Source: Sumerlaeia bacterium (GTDB lineage: Bacteria; Sumerlaeota; Sumerlaeia; SLMS01; JAHLLQ01). From it: 64,000 nt of DNA. A program made the translations under genes and the position numbers. The stretch lies in the NCBI GenBank assembly GCA_040219255.1, contig JAVJSW010000031.1:20896-84895 (forward strand). Reading direction: 5' to 3'. This document shows positions 1 to 7,735 of this stretch, piece after piece (the first letter of the stretch is position 1; each line of letters opens with the position of its first letter). The notes under the pieces are model-generated. The model did not search any database. It saw only the letters and a program-made list of their open reading frames with translations, and was not told the DNA's origin.

Positions 1-143
1 AAGATGAGGTCGGCACCCCAGTAGCCTGCACCAGGGAGGGAGACGCGTCCATGGGCTCGGAGGGTGTCCAGCTTCACGCATCCCGAGAGCATGTTCATGA
101 CTTCTTCCGTCGTGTAGATGGCGTTCGGGTCGATCACGTGCAT
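1..143 (-). CDS. Partial excisionase/HTH_17-like small DNA-binding protein (runs off window start)
   Basis: Not in the ORF track. Manual translation from ATG at 143 gives MHVIDPNAIYTTEEVMNMLSGCVKLDTLRAHG..., which has the Y-T-x-E-E-V-x-x-x-L start typical of Xis/MerR-like winged helices. GAAGG lies upstream, and the gene is next to an att site. Confidence 0.5.
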   Translation of the reverse strand, partial: MHVIDPNAIYTTEEVMNMLSGCVKLDTLRAHGRVSLPGAGYWGADLI

Positions 144-323
144 GCCATGACATGGCCTTCAGGGAGATGTGGACCTGTTCCAGTCCGACTTGCGGGAAAG
201 ATGGTCGGGGCTTGGTCCGACTCGGCTGTTGTTGTCAGTAGGATACGTCGTCTCGCAAGTCGAGTGCTTTTGGTTCTTGACTGCTGAGGATGCTTGAGTT
301 AGACGTTATTAGTAAACGTTCTG

Positions 324-344
324 CAAGTCCTCTCCTGGGCACCA
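324..344 (+). mobile_element. att core: duplicated 3' end of a tRNA (Leu-like)
   Basis: CAAGT-CCTCT-CCTGGGC-A-CCA reads as T-loop remainder, 5-nt T-stem strand, 7-nt acceptor strand, discriminator A and CCA, with no 5' half of a tRNA upstream. Confidence 0.75.
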
Positions 345-352
345 TTTACAGC

Positions 353-640
353 TTAGTTATCAGCAACAATCTCAATGATCTGTGCTTGTGAACCCGGAGC
401 CGCGAACTCCGGGTTTCTGCCATTTTGCTGCCATTTCGTTCCTGCAAGAGCTGATTCGATCTCCGAGTTCAGGAGAGGAATAATGCCATTCTGGAACAGG
501 TCGAAGAGTTCCACCGCATCGGTGCTCTGGTAGTGCTTTCCGGTTACGGACGGATCCGCATGGCCGACGTACTGCTCGACCAGCCTCTCCGACCATGCGG
601 GGTTCCGGCGGGCGGTGTTCAGGAGTGCCCACCTCCGTTC
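353..640 (-). pseudogene. Tyrosine recombinase/integrase C-terminal remnant
   Basis: Manual translation of a frame with no start codon: ...WSERLVEQYVGHADPSVTGKHYQS... matches integrase box II (GH...T..Y nucleophile). The frame is preceded by an in-frame TGA (641-643) and ends 8 bp from the att core. Confidence 0.75.
417..438. repeat. 11-bp tandem direct repeat (putative integrase arm-type sites)
   Basis: CTGCCATTTTG CTGCCATTTCG, about 70 bp from the att core and inside the integrase tail. Confidence 0.5.
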
Positions 641-668
641 TCAACTTCTTGTCTGTGGTGAAACTGAA

Positions 669-1223
669 TCAACCCGCCACCTCAAGCCCATATCGCATAT
701 GCAGCCCCAAGTCGTTGACTCCTCGCTCCAGAGGCCCGATGAGGCCGATGGCTTCGATGCGGATATCCGCCAGCAGGGGCCGCTCGGAGAGGATCTGCAT
801 CGCCTGTCCCGCCTTCTCGGCCGTCAGATCGTGGGCGGCGAGGGTGATGTGGGGGACCCAGTTTTCCGGCTCGTAATGCGTCGAGGGGCTGATAGCGGCT
901 TCGTCGAGTTCGGGGAGCAATTTCCGGTGGATCATCGTCAGGCGCGGGTCGCGAACGATGGGCAGGAAGAGGATGGGGCTGGGTTCGGCGAAGAACCCGA
1001 GGCCACTGGACCGGGCGGTGAAGATGGGGAGCTTGCGCTGCCAGCGCTCCAGGACGGCCTTCAGGCGGTCGCGGTCGTAATCTTCGGCGACCTGCCAGGA
1101 AAAGTGGGGGATCGGCGTGCGGGCGATCCCGCGTAGGTCGAGATGCTCCTCCAGCAGGGCCCACAAACCCTGCACGTGGGTCGCACTTGGCTCGTCGAGA
1201 AGGGCTGCGACGGCGAAGGGCAT
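669..1223 (-). CDS. 2H phosphoesterase / 2'-5' RNA ligase family protein
   Basis: Two HxS/T motifs (PHFSW and WVPHITL) about 85 aa apart; 184 aa. Confidence 0.85.
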   Translation of the reverse strand: MPFAVAALLDEPSATHVQGLWALLEEHLDLRGIARTPIPHFSWQVAEDYDRDRLKAVLERWQRKLPIFTARSSGLGFFAEPSPILFLPIVRDPRLTMIHRKLLPELDEAAISPSTHYEPENWVPHITLAAHDLTAEKAGQAMQILSERPLLADIRIEAIGLIGPLERGVNDLGLHMRYGLEVAG

Positions 1224-1313
1224 GAAGAGGTGAACCTTTTCCTGGATTCAGAGAGTCAGGCCGGACAATTCGCGATGCGGAAAAAGCGGGCAAGTCGGAA
1301 AAGCCCTCTCTCG

Positions 1314-1344
1314 AAAACAAAAAAACTCCCCCGAACCGGGGGAG
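1314..1344 (-). terminator. Intrinsic terminator after the bacilliredoxin gene
   Basis: CTCCCC(CG)-loop-(CG)GGGGAG hairpin followed by a T-tract on the minus strand. Confidence 0.7.
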
Positions 1345-1374
1345 CGGGGCGCCGATTTTGCCAGCGGGCGGCCC

Positions 1375-1794
1375 TTAGCAGTTTTCCTGGAAGGCGAACT
1401 TGAGTGAGTTGGCGATCATTTCCGGCATGTTGCCTTCGATGTGATGGCGCTCGATCATGTGGACCACTTCGCCGTCCTTGAGCAGGGCGACGCACGGCGA
1501 GGAGGGCGAGTATCCGGTGAAGTAGCTGCGGGCGCGGTTGGTGGCCTCGCGGTCCTGGCCGGCGAAGACGGCGTAGAGGTGCTCGGGTTTTTTTTCGGCG
1601 CCTTCGAGGGCAAGACGCAGCGACGGGCGCGCACCGGCGGCGGCGCAGCCACAAACGGAGTTCACGAAGACCAAGGCCGTGCCCTGCAAATTGCCGAGCG
1701 CTTCATCCACCGCCTCCGGCGTGGTCAGTTCGGTGAAGCCGATTTCGGTCACTTCGTCGCGCATGGGCTGAACCATGATGGGATCGTAAAGCAT
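1375..1794 (-). CDS. BrxA/BrxB (YphP/YqiW) family bacilliredoxin
   Basis: NSVCGCAAAGARP, VFAGQDREAT and PSSP motifs; AGGAGG RBS before ATG 1794. Confidence 0.93.
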   Translation of the reverse strand: MLYDPIMVQPMRDEVTEIGFTELTTPEAVDEALGNLQGTALVFVNSVCGCAAAGARPSLRLALEGAEKKPEHLYAVFAGQDREATNRARSYFTGYSPSSPCVALLKDGEVVHMIERHHIEGNMPEMIANSLKFAFQENC

Positions 1795-1904
1795 TGGGGG
1801 AGAGCCTCCTGAAAATGGGGGGAGCAAAGAAAATTCGAGTCGAAGTCAATAGAGCCCGGCGGATTCCATCGGGTTTGAGCAATGAATGGCTAGTAATGCG
1901 GCAA

Positions 1905-2726
1905 TCATGCCATGGGCGAAATCTTCGGCTTCTCCGCGATGTGGAGCACGGCAATTCCGAAACTGAGTTCCGCGTGCCGCACGCGGGCAAAGCCGCAACG
2001 CCGCATCATGGCGGCCAATTCGCGCTTGTTCGGCCACTCCATCACGGACTCGCTCAGGTACCGGTAGGCGTCCGATTTCGTTGCCACCCGGCCGATGGCG
2101 GGCAGCACGGTGCGAAAATAAGACAGGTAGCCAAGACGAAACAGCGGGTTCGCTGGCAGGGTGAATTCCAGCACCGCCAGCCGGCCGCCGGGCCGCAGGA
2201 CGCGGTGCATTTCCGTCAGACCCGCCTCGGTGTCCTCCATGTTGCGCAGGCCGAAGGCGATGGTCACGAGGTCGAACGTCTCGCCGCCAAAGGGCAGCCG
2301 CAAGCCATCGCCCGCCACAAAGGGCGGTTCGCCCAGACCCCGGCCTTTCTTGTGGGCGATGCGCAGCATCGGCGGGCAAAAATCCGCACCGATGACTTCG
2401 CAGTCGCGGTGGGCCGCCTTGCGCAGCGCCAGCGTCAGATCGCCGGTGCCGCAGGCCAGATCGAGGACCCGCCGGTCCGTCGGCCGCAGTGCCTGCTTGA
2501 CCGTGAACCGTCGCCACATCTGATCGATGTTCAGGCTGAAGGCGTGGTTGAAGAAGTCGTAGGTGGGGGCGATGGTGCCGAACATCCGCTGGATGCGGTG
2601 GCGCTCTTTGGAGATCGGCGGGGCGGCGGAGGCGGTCAAGGCGGAGATGAAACCTTTGGGAAATCTTCGGGGCGGTGGACCTTGCCCCGGCGTGCACCGG
2701 CTGGAGACCCTGTGGAATCGGGCCAC
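1905..2726 (-). CDS. menG: UbiE/MenG demethylmenaquinone methyltransferase (true start probably ~90 nt shorter)
   Basis: MFGTIAPTYD, VLDLACGTGD, IAFGLRN and RVLRPGGRLAVLEF motifs. Confidence 0.9.
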   Translation of the reverse strand: MARFHRVSSRCTPGQGPPPRRFPKGFISALTASAAPPISKERHRIQRMFGTIAPTYDFFNHAFSLNIDQMWRRFTVKQALRPTDRRVLDLACGTGDLTLALRKAAHRDCEVIGADFCPPMLRIAHKKGRGLGEPPFVAGDGLRLPFGGETFDLVTIAFGLRNMEDTEAGLTEMHRVLRPGGRLAVLEFTLPANPLFRLGYLSYFRTVLPAIGRVATKSDAYRYLSESVMEWPNKRELAAMMRRCGFARVRHAELSFGIAVLHIAEKPKISPMA

Positions 2727-2848
2727 AACTTTGCGGGCGCCTTAGGACAAACACTCTCCGTGCCTGCGGAGTCCAACCAAATGCGACACTTTGCCCCGGC
2801 AAAGAGGCCGCCCCACGCATTCTCAATCGGAGTCAGCTCATTTCCGCC

Positions 2849-5611
2849 ATGACCGGTCATTCGTTCACCAATCCGCAAGCCCTCCGCTGGCGGGTTTTTC
2901 TTCCGCTGGCGCTTTTCGCCCTGGGCAACCTGGCTGTCCCTTTCACCGCCGGCGCCAAGCCGCCGGAGGTCCGCCAAGGAACAAGCACGGTGAAGATCGA
3001 TCCCTCCGCGATTGCACAACCCGATTTCTCTCCGCCCCGCGCCGCCGCGATCGACGATCTGCAACAGGTCCCGCCGGAATACTGGACCCACGCCAGCTTC
3101 GGCGATCGGCTCCTGGCGAACGACCGCGCCGTGTTGACCTTCGGCAAGTTGCCGGAAGGCGAGGGCACGGAGGCGAACCTCTATCGCGACGGAGCCCTTC
3201 TGGACCTTCTTCCCCGTCTCTCCAGCCCCGAGGGTCTCCAAGTCTTCCTGCCCACCACCAACGGTATGGCGGGCGCGACGATCGAGTGGGAAACGATGGA
3301 AAGCAGCGAATCGCCCGATGAAAACCTCGCGACGATCGTCCTCACCGGCCATGACACACGCGATGAAAACCTGCGCGTTCGTACCGAGTACCGCATGAAC
3401 GAGTCCATGCCGGGCGCCCTGGTCACCACAACGCTGACCTACGAAGGCGACGAGCAGAGCCCCATCGTCACCCCATCCGATTATATTCTGTGGGGGGCGA
3501 TGCAGTATTTCGTGCCTGGTATCGGCTGGATCGGCAACAGTTCGGTGACTCTCCAGGCGGACTTCGTGTTCGCCAAATACCACGACACCTGGGTTTTGAT
3601 CGCGCCAAGCGAGGGCACCTTCGAGGTTCGCACCGGCCAGCGCCGCACCGCGATTCTGTACGATCAGCCGGCGGCCCTGGAATCGGGCGAAACCCGCATC
3701 TACAGCCGCTGGGTTCTGACCGGCGCCAGCGATCCCGCGACCCTCTATTCTCTGGTCCTGAAGGAACGCGAAGGAGCCGATTTCGGCGCCCTCGTGGGCC
3801 GCGTCATCGAACGCGAGCAGCTGGCCGACGGCAGCCTCCTCGACAAGTCCCCCGTCGACGATTGCATGATTCGCATTTCTCCTCTCCAACTTCCCAACTG
3901 GAGCCCAGAGGAGAAAGCGCGCATCCAGAACCGTCCCTATCTGCTGGGCATGACCAAGCCCAGCGGCCAGTTTGAGGCTCTGCTGCCGGTGGGGGAATGG
4001 CGCGTTCTTGCCGCTCCCTCGAACCGCCTGGCGCCGAAACCGACGACCGCCACCCGCATCACCAAAGACAAAGTGACGGGCCTGGACTTCGGTGTCTCGA
4101 TGACCAGCCAGTTCATCTATCAGGTCGTCGACGCCGACACCGGAGAGCGCATCCCCGCCAAGATCACGGTCGAACCGCTGCGCGGCACCACATCGCCCGA
4201 ACTCGGGCCACCCGGAACGACCGAAGCCCAAAACGTGGTGTTTAGCGCCAACGGCGCCGGCATCATCGATCTGCCGCCGGGCAATTACCGCGTCATCGCG
4301 AGCCGCGGCCCCGAGTACAATATCGCCGAGGAGCGTATCCAGGTGGCGAAACCGACCTTGGAGCCGGTGTACTCGGTCCTGAAACTCAAACGCGCCTTTG
4401 AAACCCCCGGCTGGATCAGCGCCGACGTGGGCCTCATGACCAGCGCCACCGCGGGATCGCGCGTCAGCCCCCGCGACCGCGTCGTCAGCGCCGTCGCCGA
4501 AGGCGTCGATTGGATCGTCACTGGCGATTATGGCGAAGTCACCAAGCTTTCCGGCGATATTGAAGCGATGGGTCTCGACGCTTACCTGAGCGCCTCGCCG
4601 GGTCTCCGCATTCCGGCCACCACGCGGGAAGCGGCGGGGGATTTCCTCTTCTTCCCGCTGGACGTCTGCTCGGTGGGTGCGGAGCCCGATTTCACGGGTG
4701 TTTTCGAAGCCGCCAACGAGGGCGACGCGGAAGCGATGGCCCAGGCCCTGCGGGCCGTTTGCCCCGAAGCGGTCGTGATGCTCAACCGGCCGATCTGGCC
4801 CGAGACGGGGTTCCTGGTGCGTCAAGGCTATGACCCGGACACCGGCGGTCTGCCGGAAGGCGACTGGAGCCGCGACTTCGACGTCATTCAAATCTGGGAG
4901 GGCAAACGCCAGGCCATCTATCCCGCCGGCTATCGCGCCTATCACGAACTCCTCGGCGAGGGTCTGCGCCTCGCCGCCATCGGAAACAGCGCCAGCATGG
5001 GAACCTGGAATCAGGAAGTGGGCTATCCGCGGATCTACATCCCCTCGTCGACCGACGATCCGGCCGAGTTGAACCCGGCGGAGTTGGCGGAAGCGATCAA
5101 GCGCGGCAAGGTGATGATCACCAACGGCCCCTTTATCAAAGTCACCGTCAACGATCAACCGGTCGGTTCCCTGATCACCGATCAGGATGGTTTCGTGGAT
5201 GTCGATCTGGAAGTGTTCGCCGCCAACTGGGTCCCCGTCACTTCGATCAGCATCAACCTGAACGGCCAATTCGCCCGGCGGATTATCCTGCCCCAGGGCG
5301 GAGAGCCGGACGATATGGGCCGCGTCTTTCCCCACGACAAGGGGGAAGATGCCGGAAAGTTGAAGATCCGCGTCAGCGAAGACTCCATCCTCGACGTCGT
5401 CGTTTCAAGCGATGTCTCGGCCAAGCAAGACCCCGTCAACCCCTACATCACGCCGGACCCGGCAATGGCCTCTCGTGGCAGCGGGCAAACCAGCCTCGCG
5501 ATCAGCGCGCCGGTCATCATCGATGTGGATGGCAACGGCATCTACGACCCGCCGGCCAAGGCTGCCAAGCCGCAGCAACTGCCCTATGAGGAGGACGACC
5601 CGATTTTCTGA
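2849..5611 (+). CDS. Secreted CehA/McbA-like PHP-fold protein with carboxypeptidase-regulatory-like domain; metal ligands degenerate
   Basis: Signal peptide; LPPGNYRVIASRGPEY; GWISAD..; VGYPRIY..AIKRGKVMITNGPFI; C-terminal DVDGNG. The expected His ligands are absent. Confidence 0.75.
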   Translation: MTGHSFTNPQALRWRVFLPLALFALGNLAVPFTAGAKPPEVRQGTSTVKIDPSAIAQPDFSPPRAAAIDDLQQVPPEYWTHASFGDRLLANDRAVLTFGKLPEGEGTEANLYRDGALLDLLPRLSSPEGLQVFLPTTNGMAGATIEWETMESSESPDENLATIVLTGHDTRDENLRVRTEYRMNESMPGALVTTTLTYEGDEQSPIVTPSDYILWGAMQYFVPGIGWIGNSSVTLQADFVFAKYHDTWVLIAPSEGTFEVRTGQRRTAILYDQPAALESGETRIYSRWVLTGASDPATLYSLVLKEREGADFGALVGRVIEREQLADGSLLDKSPVDDCMIRISPLQLPNWSPEEKARIQNRPYLLGMTKPSGQFEALLPVGEWRVLAAPSNRLAPKPTTATRITKDKVTGLDFGVSMTSQFIYQVVDADTGERIPAKITVEPLRGTTSPELGPPGTTEAQNVVFSANGAGIIDLPPGNYRVIASRGPEYNIAEERIQVAKPTLEPVYSVLKLKRAFETPGWISADVGLMTSATAGSRVSPRDRVVSAVAEGVDWIVTGDYGEVTKLSGDIEAMGLDAYLSASPGLRIPATTREAAGDFLFFPLDVCSVGAEPDFTGVFEAANEGDAEAMAQALRAVCPEAVVMLNRPIWPETGFLVRQGYDPDTGGLPEGDWSRDFDVIQIWEGKRQAIYPAGYRAYHELLGEGLRLAAIGNSASMGTWNQEVGYPRIYIPSSTDDPAELNPAELAEAIKRGKVMITNGPFIKVTVNDQPVGSLITDQDGFVDVDLEVFAANWVPVTSISINLNGQFARRIILPQGGEPDDMGRVFPHDKGEDAGKLKIRVSEDSILDVVVSSDVSAKQDPVNPYITPDPAMASRGSGQTSLAISAPVIIDVDGNGIYDPPAKAAKPQQLPYEEDDPIF

Positions 5612-5723
5612 TCCCTTGCTCCAAGGAAACGCTCCGGCCCGGGCGCGGGAAAAAACCTGTTTGCGGGCGGGCCGGGCCATGACACTGTCACGTCAAGAGC
5701 GACTTCTCTGCGAGTTCCACGCT

Positions 5724-6473
5724 ATGTCCGTGACCGATCTTCCGGCCGAATCCGCCCCCTCCCACCTCTGGTTTCTCAAGTCCACCGAACTCTTCTCCGA
5801 GATGTCGGAAACGCTGGTCGGGTCCGCGGGGCGGCTCCTCGAAGAAATGGAATTCAAGAAGGGCGACGTGCTTCATCTGATCGAAGACGGCGCCCGCTTC
5901 ATTTACATCGTTTCCGAAGGCCAGGTGAAACTGCGATCCGTCTCGGAGGCGGGCAAGGAGCGAATTCTGGACGTGGCGGGGCCGGGTGACGTGTTCGGGC
6001 CGCTCGACCGGCTGCTGCCGATTTCGCCCGCGTCGCCAGCGGCCTCGCTGTCCGAGTCGGGTCTGGCCAAGGAAGCGGTGGCATGCAGCGGCGGCTGTGC
6101 CCTGAGGTTTGAACTCGCGGAGTTCCAATCGCTCGTGGCCCGGCGTCCCGCGGTTGTGGTGAACATCTACCGGCTTCTCGGGATCAAGCAACGGCGGCTG
6201 GAAATCCGGCTCAGCCGGCTGCTCTTCCGCAGCTCTCTGGGCAAAGTGGCCGGTCTTCTGGCGGAATTGGCGGAGCGCTATGGCGAGAAGAACAGCGGGG
6301 GAGAGGTGGAACTCGATTTCCGCATCACCCATCAGGAAATCGCCAGCATGATCGGGGTCAAACGCGAGACGGTTTCCGAATGCCTCGCGGCGCTCGAGTT
6401 GGATGAATTCATCCGGACGAAAAACCGCCGCATCGTGGTGCTGAAGACGGAGGAACTGGACGAGGTTGTTTAG
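5724..6473 (+). CDS. Crp/Fnr family transcriptional regulator
   Basis: cNMP-fold N-terminus (IYIVSEGQVKL, GKERIL) and HTH ITHQEIASMIGVKRETVS. The ORF-track N-terminal extension is spurious. Confidence 0.9.
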   Translation: MSVTDLPAESAPSHLWFLKSTELFSEMSETLVGSAGRLLEEMEFKKGDVLHLIEDGARFIYIVSEGQVKLRSVSEAGKERILDVAGPGDVFGPLDRLLPISPASPAASLSESGLAKEAVACSGGCALRFELAEFQSLVARRPAVVVNIYRLLGIKQRRLEIRLSRLLFRSSLGKVAGLLAELAERYGEKNSGGEVELDFRITHQEIASMIGVKRETVSECLAALELDEFIRTKNRRIVVLKTEELDEVV

Positions 6474-7735
6474 GCCACTGCGGCCTGATCTGCAGATGGC
6501 GTACTCGTTTCCGGCGCATCGCCGCGGAAGGCGGCTACGCCGGAGATCAATGCCAGGAGCACGAGCCAGATAACCTGAAACGTGATGTTGTGAAAGGGAA
6601 GACTGAAATAGAGCGGAAGCTGCGCCAGCGTCTCCATCGCCATCACTCCGCCCCAAGCCAATCCCAGAGCTGCGAAAAGCCGCATAGAAAGGCGGCCAAA
6701 AATCCATTCACGCAGTTGGAGAAACATCGCTGGGGCCGCCCAAACGAAGTGATTGATTTCCAGGAGAGGCGTGAAAATCAACACCATCGGCATACCGAAG
6801 GCAAGCATCAGGGCGTGATTACCGGCTTTTTTTCGAAGCGACCACCAAGCAATCAACGCCATGTATGGCAGCGCGATCGCAATATTAATCCCTAGCACAA
6901 GGTGTCTATAAAGGTGCTCGTCCTCAAGAGCGTGGGGAAGTAAATGCAGCGCGGCAAACTTGTGAATCGACAAGGAGATGTCTTGCCAGTAGAAGGGAAT
7001 TCTCGGCAGAGTTTCCTGATACAGAAAGATCTCCCAACGCCAAAAACCGCTCACCAATAGGAAAACAAGATAAAGCGTGAGCCCGGAAAACATCGTAACC
7101 AGCACCTTCCATCGCCGGCAGCCAGCCACCGGAACCCAAAGCAGCACGGGTGCAATCTTGACCAGTGAGAGGAAAATCAGGAAAATCCCCGCCAGCTTTT
7201 CCTTTCGTTGCACAAAGCAAACAGCCAAGCCGCAGGCGAGAAAAAAGTTGAAGGGATCGATGTTGGCGGCAATCATCACCCGGTGAAGTGGCTGGAAATG
7301 GCTGATAATCACAAAGGTGAAAAGCGGCCAGTAGCGAATGAGAAAATTGAGGACCCAGCCATCAAGACCAGTCTCCGCACTTCGCTTCGCATTCTTGGGC
7401 CACAAACCAAATGCCAGCAGAAGGTATCCCGCCATTACAAAAAGTGCATTCCCAATATCCCAGGGAAGTTCGCTGACTTCGTAAGGAAACGCCCTGAGAT
7501 AAAGAAAGATGAAACCAGTCAAGAGGGGATAATTGAATCCCAGATACAGCTCCTCGCCCTGATAGGGCGTAACGCCTCGCAGGATCGCGTCGGCAGCCAT
7601 CCAATGCTTCTTGTAATCCACCCCGAGTGTCGTAACCGGGATGACGATGAAGTGGCGGATAAAACTGTAGAGTGATAGCCCCGCCATGACGAACACCAGG
7701 GCCTTTTCCATGCGGTCTTGCGTTTGTTGCTTCAT
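6470..7735 (-). CDS. GT-C membrane glycosyltransferase (GT87/DUF2029-like)
   Basis: Real start MKQQTQDRM at 7735; GVDY, TPY..FNYPLL and LVKIAP motifs; many TM helices; 4-bp overlap with the upstream gene. Confidence 0.8.
   Translation of the reverse strand: MKQQTQDRMEKALVFVMAGLSLYSFIRHFIVIPVTTLGVDYKKHWMAADAILRGVTPYQGEELYLGFNYPLLTGFIFLYLRAFPYEVSELPWDIGNALFVMAGYLLLAFGLWPKNAKRSAETGLDGWVLNFLIRYWPLFTFVIISHFQPLHRVMIAANIDPFNFFLACGLAVCFVQRKEKLAGIFLIFLSLVKIAPVLLWVPVAGCRRWKVLVTMFSGLTLYLVFLLVSGFWRWEIFLYQETLPRIPFYWQDISLSIHKFAALHLLPHALEDEHLYRHLVLGINIAIALPYMALIAWWSLRKKAGNHALMLAFGMPMVLIFTPLLEINHFVWAAPAMFLQLREWIFGRLSMRLFAALGLAWGGVMAMETLAQLPLYFSLPFHNITFQVIWLVLLALISGVAAFRGDAPETSTPSADQAAVA

Noticed and set aside
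372-644. ORF-track 90-aa ORF (and 51..287)
   Set aside because: Off-frame shadows; the meaningful frame is the integrase remnant at 353-640.
2636-5335. 899-aa antisense ORF (likewise 51232..53322, 54714..56279, 36727..38466, 16596..17921, 56393..57829)
   Set aside because: Antisense shadows of real high-GC genes; no motifs and typical codon-mirror composition.
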